A DNA stretch of 64,000 nucleotides from a virus. The notes under the pieces are model-generated. The model was not told the origin of the DNA and did no database searches. It worked only from the letters and a program-made list of their open reading frames with translations. Both the position numbers and the translations under genes were made by a program. The stretch lies in the IMG/VR virus record IMGVR_UViG_3300027963_000071, positions 2,909-66,908 of that record, one strand, 5' to 3'. Shown here one piece after another: positions 46,324-56,940 of the stretch (position 1 is its first letter; each line of letters begins with the position of its first letter).

Positions 46324-46908
46324 ATGGCGGTTTTTTATGACAACAATTTCATCAGGGTGATTGACAACGCTGTGAGCTCGGAACTCTGCGAGCAGATCAT
46401 CGCAGAGTTCAAGCGTGATCACACACTGCATCACCACGACGGGGATCGTTACATAGAGCTAGAAACTTATGATCAACGAGGGCAGGGCAAATGGAACCCC
46501 AAACTAGAAGCCAGAGCTAGACGTTGGAACCCACTGACAGACAGCATAGCCCAAACAGTGGTGGAAATGACAACCGATTATCGAGCTCGTTGGGACCCTT
46601 ACCTAATGACTCCGCAGGTATGGTCTATGGAAGGCATACGAGTCAAGAGCTATGAGCCCAACGTACACGAATTTAGGCTGCATGTAGATCAGGGCAATCG
46701 TGACAACGCCTGTAGATTTATAGCCTGTTTGATCTATCTCAATAACAACGAAGCTGGTACAGAGTTTCCACAGGAACAGTTTACCGTTTCAGCTGAACAA
46801 GGGCGCATGGTACTGTTTCCACCCAATTGGCAGTTCCCACATAGAGGGCTGATGCCCACAATAAACACTAAGTACATTTTGAGTACATACTTACACTTTA
46901 AGGATTGA
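46324..46908 (+). CDS. 2OG-Fe(II) oxygenase (prolyl-hydroxylase-like)
   Basis: HVD, IYLN, GTEF, FPP.W.FPHRG, KYILS. Confidence 0.8.
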   Translation: MAVFYDNNFIRVIDNAVSSELCEQIIAEFKRDHTLHHHDGDRYIELETYDQRGQGKWNPKLEARARRWNPLTDSIAQTVVEMTTDYRARWDPYLMTPQVWSMEGIRVKSYEPNVHEFRLHVDQGNRDNACRFIACLIYLNNNEAGTEFPQEQFTVSAEQGRMVLFPPNWQFPHRGLMPTINTKYILSTYLHFKD

Positions 46909-46910
46909 TT

Positions 46911-47489
46911 ATGCCCGCAATGGATTTTTTCGCAGTACCCGTTTTAGTATTAGATTTTGAAGATAGAGAGCTTGCTGACATTCAAGCAGAGATCACAAAG
47001 AATTTACCCAATATATTGAATTCGTCAATGGCAGCACCCTGGGGTGATAACGTCAGCACAACCTTCAAGCCGGGCAGAAATCAAGACATCATGAGCTTTG
47101 TGTTAGAAAACACTGCCAAGGGCATTGTCAGAGCCACAGTGGAATATCTAGGTGAAATCGGCTATCAGGGCTTGGATCTAAGACTAAAAGACAGTTGGTT
47201 CACTTGGTACAAGAAGGGCGGTTTCCAGTTTGATCACCTCAACGCAGAAGCTAGGGTATGTGGAGTTTACTATTATCAGACCAACGGAGAAGACGGAGCC
47301 CTACGTTTTAACAATCCCAATCATGCATCAGCATTAGGTATGTTTCCATACGATGGTCAGACCATGCCTGTACAATACATTCCACCAAAAGTAGGGCGCA
47401 TGGTGTTATGGCCTGCATGGCTAAGCCATCGTATTGAACCCAACTGCACAGATAACGAAAGCATCTCGCTTAATTTCACACTGCATTAA
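46911..47489 (+). CDS. 2OG-Fe(II) oxygenase (TIGR02466-like)
   Basis: SWF, DHLN, GVYY, WPAWLSH, ISLNF. Confidence 0.7.
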   Translation: MPAMDFFAVPVLVLDFEDRELADIQAEITKNLPNILNSSMAAPWGDNVSTTFKPGRNQDIMSFVLENTAKGIVRATVEYLGEIGYQGLDLRLKDSWFTWYKKGGFQFDHLNAEARVCGVYYYQTNGEDGALRFNNPNHASALGMFPYDGQTMPVQYIPPKVGRMVLWPAWLSHRIEPNCTDNESISLNFTLH

Positions 47490-47515
47490 TTTCCTGCTGC
47501 GAGAGTAAATACTTG

Positions 47516-47905
47516 ATGCGTCGATTACTTGCTATCATAACATTAATATCGTTAACAGGTTGTGCTTCAATAGCCAACATGATTCCCAGCTTTTGGGACG
47601 ATAATCAATCAGCTAAAATTGTTGATGTTAGACTAAAGACTGACATGATCAATTGCGAACAGGCTCAGTTGCCCCAGGCACAACAGCTACAGTCAGACCT
47701 ACGTTGGTTTGAACTGTACAGTGAAAGCAAGGGAGGACGCCAACAAGATGTACAGAAAATTATTGCACCCATGCAGGAGTCAGTTGCTGATTGGGTAAAG
47801 CGTAGCACTGAAGGACAGGGTTCTAAAGGCTACTGCGAAATCAAAAAGAAACTATTACAAACTCAGGCTAAGTCAGCGGCTTCAGCCATATTGGGGAGAT
47901 TCTAA
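47516..47905 (+). CDS. Lipoprotein
   Basis: Signal peptide with LTGC lipobox. Confidence 0.7.
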   Translation: MRRLLAIITLISLTGCASIANMIPSFWDDNQSAKIVDVRLKTDMINCEQAQLPQAQQLQSDLRWFELYSESKGGRQQDVQKIIAPMQESVADWVKRSTEGQGSKGYCEIKKKLLQTQAKSAASAILGRF

Positions 47906-48138
47906 TGTTAGACGATTTACGTAACATTGCAGGATGTGGACGTCCTTGGGCAGCTGAACGTGCGGCCTTTGCTGTGCAGATTACTGAGCAATATAATGCA
48001 GGCGGTATTACTCGTCCAGAGTACGAAGAACTATGTAGAGACCTAGTTCGTATGGATAGACTAGATGAAGAAGCAGACGACCTAGAATTAAAAACAGCGT
48101 TGGTTACTGCTATCTATGCTGTAGCACAATTGAGTTAA
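47905..48138 (+). CDS. Hypothetical protein
   Basis: TAATG coupling. Confidence 0.55.
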   Translation: MLDDLRNIAGCGRPWAAERAAFAVQITEQYNAGGITRPEYEELCRDLVRMDRLDEEADDLELKTALVTAIYAVAQLS

Positions 48139-48141
48139 ACT

Positions 48142-48672
48142 ATGAAAATATCAGAAATCATTACCGAAAACATATTCACAACAGACTATCACAAGGTCAT
48201 GCAGGCCGTTGCTGAACTGTATAAAAACCATTACGATATCAACGTATGGGAAAACGGTGAAGCTCATGATGAGGCTGCTAAAGTATTATTAAAAGTACAT
48301 CCAACAGATGAAGAGCTAGACTTTATTATCAGCAACAGTCAACTGCCAGAACGCTTTCTCGAACTTGACTTTCCAATCAACGACGACCTGATGTTTAACG
48401 GCAGTTCCGCAACTGACAGCGACCTAGACGAAATGGGTGATAAGGGATTAGATGAAAGTGTTGTAGATGAAGAACCGGCCAGTAGAGATCTTTGCACATC
48501 AGGAAAACCAGATAGTGCATTAGGTGCTAGTCAATTGGCATCATGTAAAAGTCAAGGCTATCGCAGCCGTGAAGGTGGCAAGAGTCACAAGGTAGGTTCA
48601 GAAAGAGTCAAAGTCCGCGGCAAGAAAATCAAGGGCAAAAAATACGGCGGCCCATTACCAGACTGGTCATGA
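48142..48672 (+). CDS. Hypothetical protein, possibly head-packaged
   Basis: MKISEIITE leader; acidic middle, basic C-terminus. Confidence 0.55.
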   Translation: MKISEIITENIFTTDYHKVMQAVAELYKNHYDINVWENGEAHDEAAKVLLKVHPTDEELDFIISNSQLPERFLELDFPINDDLMFNGSSATDSDLDEMGDKGLDESVVDEEPASRDLCTSGKPDSALGASQLASCKSQGYRSREGGKSHKVGSERVKVRGKKIKGKKYGGPLPDWS

Positions 48673-49220
48673 CACCAAAAAGCTCGGACCTTTTAATCGC
48701 TCCGCCTAGGATTCCAGATCCTAGATTTAAAAAATCTGTCTTAATGCTCACACATGATCATAAAGGCGGCAGCTTTGCTCTTTGTGTTAATCGTCCAACA
48801 GAGCACACACTACAAGATATCATTTCCGAATTAGGTATTGATACCAACTTAAACTTTCCGTTATATTGGGGCGGCCCTGTAAGTCCAAACACTGTTTGGA
48901 TGTTACACGATGCAGGGTGGAGTTGCGAACATACAGTACCAGTTGATGACGAGTGGGCCATGACATCAAACGTAGAAATGTTTAGAGACCTAGCCAATGG
49001 CAATTTTCCTAAACACTTTAGATTGATGCTAGGCTATTGCAGTTGGGGTAAGAATCAACTACAAAGTGAGATAGATGGTATGCCGCCCTGGAACCATAAC
49101 AACAGTTGGCTATTGGCAGAGAACCTAGGGCCAGAATGGCTGTTCGAACAGCCAGTTGAATTGATTTGGGACAATGCTACAACGCTCAGCAGCCATCAGG
49201 CTGTGAGCAGTTGGCTATAA
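48669..49220 (+). CDS. YqgE/AlgH family protein
   Basis: LLIAPP..DPRF..SV, VNRP, GGPV, LGYCSWG..QL..EI. Confidence 0.85.
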   Translation: MTPKSSDLLIAPPRIPDPRFKKSVLMLTHDHKGGSFALCVNRPTEHTLQDIISELGIDTNLNFPLYWGGPVSPNTVWMLHDAGWSCEHTVPVDDEWAMTSNVEMFRDLANGNFPKHFRLMLGYCSWGKNQLQSEIDGMPPWNHNNSWLLAENLGPEWLFEQPVELIWDNATTLSSHQAVSSWL

Positions 49221-49223
49221 TCC

Positions 49224-50543
49224 TTAGATCTTTTCGCCCTTTTTAAATCCACGAAAACGTAAGAATCGAGGAAAGCGCAGGCTATATGTGCCGTCTTGAT
49301 TTTGTGAAACAGCATCGGCACGTACTTCTACAACCTGCCCAATGACATCATTATTTGACTCCCAATACTCAGCACGATCAGCATCAGTAAAACCGGAGCC
49401 AACGTTGACGACAATGCGTTTATTATCGTCGACACCTTCACAGACCAATGCACCAAGTTTTCCAACGTTTCTTCCAGTGCCCTCTTCAACTGCTGTGACT
49501 TCCAAAGACACTTCAATAAAAGGCTTTTGCTTAAGCCAGCTAGTTGATCTCTTACACTCATATTTTGCCTCTGGGTCCTTAATCATAATGCCTTCAAAAC
49601 CAGCATTAACCATTTCCTTGTTGTAGTCTTTAAATTCTATTTCATCAGTGAACACATCTAGATTAAATTCCTTTTGTGGAATAATATCAATATGACCCAT
49701 TTGTTCAAATAGATTTTTAAATGAACGCAACAGATTAGAACGTCGACGTTGTGCCATCACACTCTGGCCAGCTTTAAACTCTACCAGTGGCACAATGTCG
49801 AACAACATTAAACGGGCATCTTGTGCCTGTACGTTATCCTTACGATGAACCTGCTTCATAAGGTCGTTAAATGAATTGCTAACTACCTCACCGTCCAAAA
49901 TATAACTACGTCCCAGCTCATCAATGTTGGCTAGGATACCGTCTGTAATATGGCTGAAGTTTTCTAATACTTTACCGTTACGAGTATACTGTACAACAGT
50001 TCTAGATTCAAAATCTACAACAGTGATACAACGAACACCGTCTAGTTTAGGCTCAACTAGTTTAACACCTGTAATCTTGCTTTCGTGATTAGCACCGTCG
50101 TGGGCCAGTTGTACATCAAACACAGGAACAGCGTACTGTGGTTTCTTGGCTTTCTTTGCAACAGTGTTAACTGTCTTTTCGCTAAAGCCTGCTCGCATGT
50201 CTTTGATAAGAATACGGCGATACCAATCGTTCCATTGAGGCTTAGTTGCTACACCCATTGCTAGATTAATAGCATCACGTGCGGCGTGTCCTGTTAGTTT
50301 ACGTCGATACAGCGCATCAGCTAACTGTAAGAAGTTAGGCCAAGACAATCCCTGTCCACCTTCCTCTTCTTTAATAGGAACCTGCTTAACACCAAAGGTA
50401 TAGAGTTTATCTAAAGCCATGCGCAGCCCCTCAAAAAACTCATCAAGCTCTTCATCCATCGCTTTGGCAAGGATGTCTTCTTTGGCAAGTCGTGAGTTAT
50501 CTGCTTCTAGACTTTGAATAATTACTTCTGGTTGTGTACGCAT
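49224..50543 (-). CDS. ATP-dependent DNA ligase
   Basis: EPKLDGVR, LDGE, EGIMIK, WLKQK, VGSGF, SLRFPRF; promoter TTGACT-17-TATACT at 50574-50602. Confidence 0.92.
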   Translation of the reverse strand: MRTQPEVIIQSLEADNSRLAKEDILAKAMDEELDEFFEGLRMALDKLYTFGVKQVPIKEEEGGQGLSWPNFLQLADALYRRKLTGHAARDAINLAMGVATKPQWNDWYRRILIKDMRAGFSEKTVNTVAKKAKKPQYAVPVFDVQLAHDGANHESKITGVKLVEPKLDGVRCITVVDFESRTVVQYTRNGKVLENFSHITDGILANIDELGRSYILDGEVVSNSFNDLMKQVHRKDNVQAQDARLMLFDIVPLVEFKAGQSVMAQRRRSNLLRSFKNLFEQMGHIDIIPQKEFNLDVFTDEIEFKDYNKEMVNAGFEGIMIKDPEAKYECKRSTSWLKQKPFIEVSLEVTAVEEGTGRNVGKLGALVCEGVDDNKRIVVNVGSGFTDADRAEYWESNNDVIGQVVEVRADAVSQNQDGTYSLRFPRFLRFRGFKKGEKI

Positions 50544-50605
50544 ACGTGGCTCCTAATCGTTTACTATAACAATAGTATAGCATCATTTGGTAGAAAAGTC
50601 AAGAA

Positions 50606-51505
50606 CTATTCTTCAGTGAACAATTCGGTAAATGTGCTAGAAGTAACGGTTTCTACATTATTTGGATCATACAGATCTGTTCGTTCTGCAGGAATCATAA
50701 AACGATCCATCATCTTTTTAACATAACACCAATCTTTACCACGAACTACTCCGTCCGCAGTTGTAATAACATAGTTACGAGTATTAAAGAAATCCATTAA
50801 GTCCTGTATGGTTTTACCAAATGCACGAGGTTGTGTTTCAACACACTCGACCTGTACGATTGGGCGATTAGTAGCAATAGTATTGGTTGCACCTTCTAAC
50901 ACATTAAGTTCATAACCTTCTACGTCAATCTTGATAATGTCAACATCTGTAAAGTTATAGCTGTCTAATGTAAGTTGTGGAACACTAACACGCTGATAGC
51001 CTGTGTTTACTTTAACAGCCTTGCCGGTAACAGTTTGATAGCCGTCGTTACTTACACGATTGTGTCCGTCGTTCTTTTTAATGTGCATTTCAACGGTGCT
51101 TGCGACAGGACCTAACGCCACATTGTATGTTTGTATTTTGCCCGACACAGCAAGACTTGCCCATGTGCCGTCTGGCTGCTTCCACCAACCGTTATTAGGA
51201 TCTTGGTGATTAATGTTAAGAGCAATGTTGTCTAGTGCTACTTGATATGTACTTGGCACGGGTTCAAAGCCGTGTACCTCTTGAGCAAAGGTTGCATACT
51301 CCCAAGTGTTCATACCAATGTTCATACCAATATCTAGTATCTTGCGTGGACTAGGACATAGTTCGCGAAGATGTAAAAGGTTTTGCTTTTGGTAAGGTCC
51401 TGCTTGTAGTCGCTGAGTATAGAAGCTGTCGCTATCCCATACCCACATCTGTCTGCCTATTTTGTTTGTGATTAATATTTTTTGTGTTTGAGCCTGTACG
51501 GTCAT
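50606..51505 (-). CDS. FkbM-family SAM methyltransferase
   Basis: LDIGMNIG, GFEP, IKIDVEGYELNVLEGA. Confidence 0.85.
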   Translation of the reverse strand: MTVQAQTQKILITNKIGRQMWVWDSDSFYTQRLQAGPYQKQNLLHLRELCPSPRKILDIGMNIGMNTWEYATFAQEVHGFEPVPSTYQVALDNIALNINHQDPNNGWWKQPDGTWASLAVSGKIQTYNVALGPVASTVEMHIKKNDGHNRVSNDGYQTVTGKAVKVNTGYQRVSVPQLTLDSYNFTDVDIIKIDVEGYELNVLEGATNTIATNRPIVQVECVETQPRAFGKTIQDLMDFFNTRNYVITTADGVVRGKDWCYVKKMMDRFMIPAERTDLYDPNNVETVTSSTFTELFTEE

Positions 51506-51564
51506 AGAATTCTCCTTGTGCTAATACTTATGGTCTCCGATCAAAAAGTCTGGCAAAAGTGGCC

Positions 51565-52110
51565 TTAAATATCCCAAACTTGGAATAGACTTTCTTCGGT
51601 TGAATTACAGAATGGTATCATACCATACTTGGCTTCATATGCACCCATAAGCTGATCTTCAAGCTCATCAAACTTATCAGTAAACCAAAATGCTACTTCA
51701 ACATCATCCCAGGTTGTTAATCCTTTTTCTAAACGCAGTTCGCGATATTTGGCAAAGTTCTCTGTAGTTCCTACGCCCTTGTTCCATTTGTCAGTGCCGT
51801 CTAGTTTGACACCGTGCTTCCAAATACGATCATAGATGTCTTTGCCCTTGCCAATATAAAAACCCTGTGGAAACACCGAGTCACGTAGAATGTAAATGCC
51901 AGGCTGTCCTTCTTTGAGCGGGCAGGGACGTTGCTCTAGAGTTTCAGTTAACGGCAGTTTGGCAAAGGTGGCCGTTGGTCCGTATTTTTTATTACGCAAG
52001 CGCCAGCCATTGTCTGAGTGTGTTCGTTCTTTTGAACTACGATCTTGTTCGTAATGTTCAAAGACATCACCTACAAATTTATAAAACTTAGTACGATTTA
52101 CTTTCGCCAT
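51565..52110 (-). CDS. GIY-YIG-like nuclease
   Basis: PGIYIL...FYIGKG..IYDRIWKH, E...P.CN. Confidence 0.6.
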   Translation of the reverse strand: MAKVNRTKFYKFVGDVFEHYEQDRSSKERTHSDNGWRLRNKKYGPTATFAKLPLTETLEQRPCPLKEGQPGIYILRDSVFPQGFYIGKGKDIYDRIWKHGVKLDGTDKWNKGVGTTENFAKYRELRLEKGLTTWDDVEVAFWFTDKFDELEDQLMGAYEAKYGMIPFCNSTEESLFQVWDI

Positions 52111-52490
52111 TCTTCACCGCCTATCTTAAAGTTAACATCATCTTGCTTAATTGGAAATTCAAAATCCAACGGAGCAATGTGGAATCGCCATCCTTGTATT
52201 TCACTATTCACTACTGTGATAAGATTATCGATCGTGATATCGGTGATCCATTCAGACTCACCTAGCCTGTCACTTTCGATTTCCCATTTGTATTGTTCTT
52301 TTAACACACGTTCAAGTCTTTCTATTTGCTTTGACGGGCCTTCCCATACATAATCAAAACAAGCACGATGACTCTTGGCACTGTAAGAACATTGATAGAC
52401 TCCAAGTCGCATCTTTGGGTTGCTGGTGATGCCTACTTTAACATCACCAGAACCCATCGGGTCTTTAAATGCGTATAACCATTTGGCCAT
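52098..52490 (-). CDS. T5orf172/GIY-YIG-like protein
   Basis: LYAF...VKVGITSNPKMRL...Q, ESEWI. Confidence 0.6.
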   Translation of the reverse strand: MAKWLYAFKDPMGSGDVKVGITSNPKMRLGVYQCSYSAKSHRACFDYVWEGPSKQIERLERVLKEQYKWEIESDRLGESEWITDITIDNLITVVNSEIQGWRFHIAPLDFEFPIKQDDVNFKIGGEEWRK

Positions 52491-53707
52491 TACACACTCC
52501 AAACATAATCAGAAGTTGGAAGCACAGCTAATCGTCCACAGCTTTGATTATAAAGATTAATAAGACCGTTCATTACAATTGCAGTATCGTTCTTAAGCAG
52601 TTGGCCACGTCCAAGATTGTTTATGATTGCATCATTATAACTTTTCTTAATCTCTTCTTGTGCTGTCTCTGGATCACCATATCTAGCAGTGATAATGTTT
52701 TCAAGCTCTGTGTCAAACTGTGCATCAATAACATAGTTTCCAGAATTGAATGCTTGATAGAGATAACTCATTGGGCGGAACATCTCCAACACCAACGGTG
52801 CTTTAGGCCATACCCTGCGGTGAAACTCTAGAGCATGTTGCCAAAACACTCCGTTACTTGGCAATCCATTGCCTAGCAATAGGTCATAACATTCTTCACC
52901 TGAATTAATCTGTGTCCAAGAACCCGGAGTCTTTGCTTTTCGGTTAACTACACAGTTGGTTGTTTGAATGATTCGATTCATTTTTACTGCTTTGGCATCT
53001 AGTGTATTAAGCAGAATCATAAACTTGTCATAATGCTCAAGTCCACGCTTGTTTGTACTGTTGATACGAATCATGTTTCGTCCAGCAATCCAACAGCCGT
53101 ACTTGATACGACCTTCTTCATCATCGGCAAATCCTGCAGATGTTATAGTTGCGGAATCAACTTTATCAACATCAATATACCAAACAGGAAATTGTGTGTA
53201 GCCTGCGAGTTTTAAAACTTGCATGGTATGGTGACCGTCCCAGATACAGTAATATACTTTTCCTTGCCAAGTAAATTTGATAGCACAGGGTATAATGACT
53301 GCTGAGTGGTCAAAGTCTTTTAGAATTTTTGCAATGTGTCTTGGGGATACATCGCGTTGAAAAACAGAATATAGATAAACTTGATCCCAAGTAATATAAT
53401 CCATCTTTGGTCCTGCACCTGGAACGTTTGGAGGGCTCCAAACATTTCCAAACAACGGATCATATTTTGAATTTATCCGTGTGGTATAATTTGGTCCTAG
53501 CACTGCAACAATCAATTCATGAATGTCGTTTGCAGGGATAATATCATGCATGTGAGCATAATTTTGCGACATAGTTCGCAGGTCGATATAGTCTGATTCA
53601 GCATCAAACTTAATGCTAAATTGAGCTAGAGCTTTTTTAATAGCTATTTTTGGATTCCAGCTTGATTGCTGTTTTTGAGCCAATAAGGCTGTTGTGTTAT
53701 GTTTCAT
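52490..53707 (-). CDS. ParB/Srx-like N-terminal domain protein
   Basis: FQRDV...I..DFD...P...IWDGHHT. Confidence 0.55.
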   Translation of the reverse strand: MKHNTTALLAQKQQSSWNPKIAIKKALAQFSIKFDAESDYIDLRTMSQNYAHMHDIIPANDIHELIVAVLGPNYTTRINSKYDPLFGNVWSPPNVPGAGPKMDYITWDQVYLYSVFQRDVSPRHIAKILKDFDHSAVIIPCAIKFTWQGKVYYCIWDGHHTMQVLKLAGYTQFPVWYIDVDKVDSATITSAGFADDEEGRIKYGCWIAGRNMIRINSTNKRGLEHYDKFMILLNTLDAKAVKMNRIIQTTNCVVNRKAKTPGSWTQINSGEECYDLLLGNGLPSNGVFWQHALEFHRRVWPKAPLVLEMFRPMSYLYQAFNSGNYVIDAQFDTELENIITARYGDPETAQEEIKKSYNDAIINNLGRGQLLKNDTAIVMNGLINLYNQSCGRLAVLPTSDYVWSV

Positions 53708-53772
53708 TGTCTTGTCCTTGTTAAACAAATTGTGTGCTCTGCATACTCCAACCGTTTCTGCGCACTGTATAA

Positions 53773-53801
53773 AGTATAACAGGACCCGAAGGTCCTGTCA
53801 A
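53773..53801 (-). promoter_or_regulatory. Sigma70 promoter with a palindrome across the spacer
   Basis: TTGACA-17-TATACT containing ACAGGACC-TTCG-GGTCCTGT. Confidence 0.7.
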
Positions 53802-53818
53802 GTGGTATTTTGGATTGG

Positions 53819-54328
53819 TTAACCCAAATAGTCTGCCCAGCTAGGGTGAGCCATAGTATATCCACGCTGTCTACGCTTGTCTACAAGTTCCCAATAGTCT
53901 GGTTTGTAAGGCACACGCACAGGTTTCATTTTGGTATGATTGGCCTTACGATAGTTACAGGGCTTGCAAGCAGTTGCTAAATTGACCCATGTGCTTTTAC
54001 CGCCTTGACTAACTGGCTGTACATGATCCAACGTGGCGGTTTGATCTGTAACTGCTATGCCACAAAATTGGCAAGCATAATGATCACGTAGAAAAATATT
54101 GCGTTTGGTTAATCGAACAGTGGCTTTTGGTTTTTGGTATTCTTTAAGCATGATAACCGCTGGCACACGAGTTTCCCAACGAGCAGAGCGCACAATCCAA
54201 TCATCGTACCAACTCATTACTGATACTTTGTCCAAGACGATATAACGAATGGCTTCTTGCCAATCTACTATGCTTAACGGTAATAGAGTTGCAGGCTGTG
54301 CGTCTGCATTTAGAACTAGGGTTGTCAT
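53819..54328 (-). CDS. HNH endonuclease
   Basis: LVLNAD, RNIFLRD..CQFCG, TLDHV.P.S.GG, CKPCN..K. Confidence 0.88.
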   Translation of the reverse strand: MTTLVLNADAQPATLLPLSIVDWQEAIRYIVLDKVSVMSWYDDWIVRSARWETRVPAVIMLKEYQKPKATVRLTKRNIFLRDHYACQFCGIAVTDQTATLDHVQPVSQGGKSTWVNLATACKPCNYRKANHTKMKPVRVPYKPDYWELVDKRRQRGYTMAHPSWADYLG

Positions 54329-54456
54329 GATGTGAATCTTAAACAAGTATTTACAAAAATACCATTATAGGCTCAGTTTACTTGAAACGCAAGACTCTTT
54401 ACAATAATTATTAAAGAGTGTACACTTAATAAGTTAATCAACAAAAAGGATCGAAA

Positions 54457-55044
54457 ATGAGTTTAGTACCAATGGTAATTGAGTCAACCAGCAAAGGCGA
54501 ACGAGCCTACGACATTTACAGTCGCTTGCTTAAAGAACGTGTAGTAATGCTCAATGGAGAAGTAGAAGACCATATGGCCAATTTGGTTGTTGCCCAATTG
54601 CTGTTCTTGGAAAGCGAAAACCCAGACAAGGATATCAGTCTATTCATTAACAGCCCAGGCGGCGTAGTAACAGCCGGCATGAGCATCTACGATACAATGC
54701 AGTTTATCAAATGTGATGTGGCAACTTATGTTATGGGACAGGCTTGCTCGATGGGCAGTCTACTAGCACAAGCAGGTGCTCCAGGCAAACGTTTTATGTT
54801 GCCCAATGCTCGTCACATGATCCATCAGCCAAGCGGCGGTGCTCGTGGACAAGCAACTGATATTCAAATTCAAGCACGTGAGATTCAAAAGATGAAAGAA
54901 TCTCTAACAAAGATATATGCTAAACACAACAGCAAGGGTAAGACATACGATCAACTGATAGCAGACATGGAACGTGATTTCTTTATGTCAGCCGAAGAAG
55001 CTCTTGAATATGGATTAGTTGATAAGGTTATTGACAAACGATGA
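54457..55044 (+). CDS. clpP: Clp protease proteolytic subunit
   Basis: [38 protein letters not shown]. Confidence 0.95.
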   Translation: MSLVPMVIESTSKGERAYDIYSRLLKERVVMLNGEVEDHMANLVVAQLLFLESENPDKDISLFINSPGGVVTAGMSIYDTMQFIKCDVATYVMGQACSMGSLLAQAGAPGKRFMLPNARHMIHQPSGGARGQATDIQIQAREIQKMKESLTKIYAKHNSKGKTYDQLIADMERDFFMSAEEALEYGLVDKVIDKR

Positions 55045-55763
55045 CAGCAAGGTTTTTTGCTTTTGGCTGTAGTTATACTGCGTTTGCGTGGCCCACGTGG
55101 AGTGACTTTGTTGGATTAAAGTTTCCAGGCAAATATCATAACTACGGCAGAAGTGGAGCAGCCAACAACTTTATATTTCATCATTTTGTTGAGATGCACG
55201 AGCGTCATCAGTTTACCAAAGACGATTTAATTATCATTCAGTGGACTGAAATGATGAGGGAAGCGAGATATCTAAATGGCATGTGGCATACCAATGGTAG
55301 CATTGCAAAAAGTTATCCCAAAGAATACATCAAACAATATGTAGATCCTAGAGGGTTCCTAATACGTGATCTAACAATGATTGCTGCGATTACTCGCATA
55401 CTAGATAACATTGGCTGTGAATATCATTATCTAAGTTTAAATGATTACGCATTCTCAGAAGATGTGTCGGGATTGTATGCAGAATATCTAAACATAATGA
55501 AGCCCAGCTACCAAACAGTAATTGGAGAATTAAAGTCTAGAACATTGTGTAAACGGATTTTAATAAAAGATCCACATCCAACTCCAGGTGAGCATTATAA
55601 ATTTTTATCACAGGTGTTGCCACAGTGGGCACCCGAAGACGATACTCTAGCAAATGCCTGGGATCAACAATTGGCAGACAGTTGGTACACACATGCAGAG
55701 GGCTGGGAATCAACCTGGCCCGGAATTGATAGAGGGTTTTTAGAAACCTATCCCGGATTATAA
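55041..55763 (+). CDS. SGNH-like protein
   Basis: FGCSYT, WPTW, G..N, DPHP. Confidence 0.55.
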   Translation: MTARFFAFGCSYTAFAWPTWSDFVGLKFPGKYHNYGRSGAANNFIFHHFVEMHERHQFTKDDLIIIQWTEMMREARYLNGMWHTNGSIAKSYPKEYIKQYVDPRGFLIRDLTMIAAITRILDNIGCEYHYLSLNDYAFSEDVSGLYAEYLNIMKPSYQTVIGELKSRTLCKRILIKDPHPTPGEHYKFLSQVLPQWAPEDDTLANAWDQQLADSWYTHAEGWESTWPGIDRGFLETYPGL

Positions 55764-56542
55764 TGGCAAAACTTTATACATTAGGGTCTAGCCTTACTAG
55801 ACATTTTTGGCCTACCTGGGCAAATATCCTAGGACGTTCTTACGACGAGTTTGAGAATTGGGGACACGCTGGCATTGGCAATCGTGCATTGTTAGAACGA
55901 TTAAACGAACTGCTGATACATCAAGACCCGGGGCCCGATGATGTTGTGATCGTACAATGGGCGACACCACATAGATTTGATCTACACAAAAAAGACAGTC
56001 CAGAACATCAAGGATGGATACCCAAAGGTGATGTCCGCAAATTGTATCTAAGCTCAGACGCTTGGCTCAAACAGTATTGGAATGAATACAGTTATGTAAT
56101 GCACACAGCAAACTTTATTTCAATTGCTCAACGTCTATTAGAACAACAGGGATGTAAATGGATATTTCTAAGTGCAGACGATCTACGTCAAGACATTGCC
56201 AAGTTTCTCGAGCTTGGTGCATATCTCGAAATATACGACAGCATAGATTGGGCTCCTCCAATGTATGATTGGTTTAACAACAGCGGCTTACCAAAAAAAG
56301 AACTAATACAAAAAGTAGGTTTGGTAACTTCAAAATCTGTAGTAGATGAACACCCAACGCCAATGTCTCATTATCAGTATGTCGACCTTTACTTAAAGGA
56401 TAAATTGAATATAGAGTTAGACAAGATGTGGGCAGAGCAAGCAGAAACAGTATTAGAAACGGCAACACACTACAAAGACATACGCCAATTGTATATAGAT
56501 CAAATGAATTGGGATTGCTATAACTGTATAAAAGGACTATAA
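55763..56542 (+). CDS. SGNH-like protein
   Basis: LGSSLT, WPTW, GIGN, DEHP. Confidence 0.55.
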   Translation: MAKLYTLGSSLTRHFWPTWANILGRSYDEFENWGHAGIGNRALLERLNELLIHQDPGPDDVVIVQWATPHRFDLHKKDSPEHQGWIPKGDVRKLYLSSDAWLKQYWNEYSYVMHTANFISIAQRLLEQQGCKWIFLSADDLRQDIAKFLELGAYLEIYDSIDWAPPMYDWFNNSGLPKKELIQKVGLVTSKSVVDEHPTPMSHYQYVDLYLKDKLNIELDKMWAEQAETVLETATHYKDIRQLYIDQMNWDCYNCIKGL

Positions 56543-56940
56543 TGACACAACGATTACAAGGAAAAGTAGACAAGGGTTGGGGATATGAACTCATATGGGC
56601 AACCAACGACCACTACGCAGGAAAGATTTTGGTATTTGAAAAAGCAGGCGCTAAGTTTAGTATGCACTTCCACAAAGAAAAAGATGAAACGTGGTTTGTC
56701 AACGCAGGAAGTTTTAAGTTAATTTACTGCGATACTAACACAGCTACCTATGTTGAGAAGATACTCAAAGAAGGTGACACTTGGAGGAACCCTCCAATGA
56801 TGCCACATCAGCTGATTGCATTAGAACCCGATTCAATGGTGTTCGAAGTTAGCACAGCAGATTCAGTAGAAGACAATTATAGAATTATTCCAGGAGATAG
56901 TCAAAGTGCAGCCCCCACAGAACCAATCGCAAACACCTAG
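56542..56940 (+). CDS. Cupin (sugar isomerase-like)
   Basis: KGWGYE, SMHFHKEKDETW, PHQL, EVST. Confidence 0.75.
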   Translation: MTQRLQGKVDKGWGYELIWATNDHYAGKILVFEKAGAKFSMHFHKEKDETWFVNAGSFKLIYCDTNTATYVEKILKEGDTWRNPPMMPHQLIALEPDSMVFEVSTADSVEDNYRIIPGDSQSAAPTEPIANT

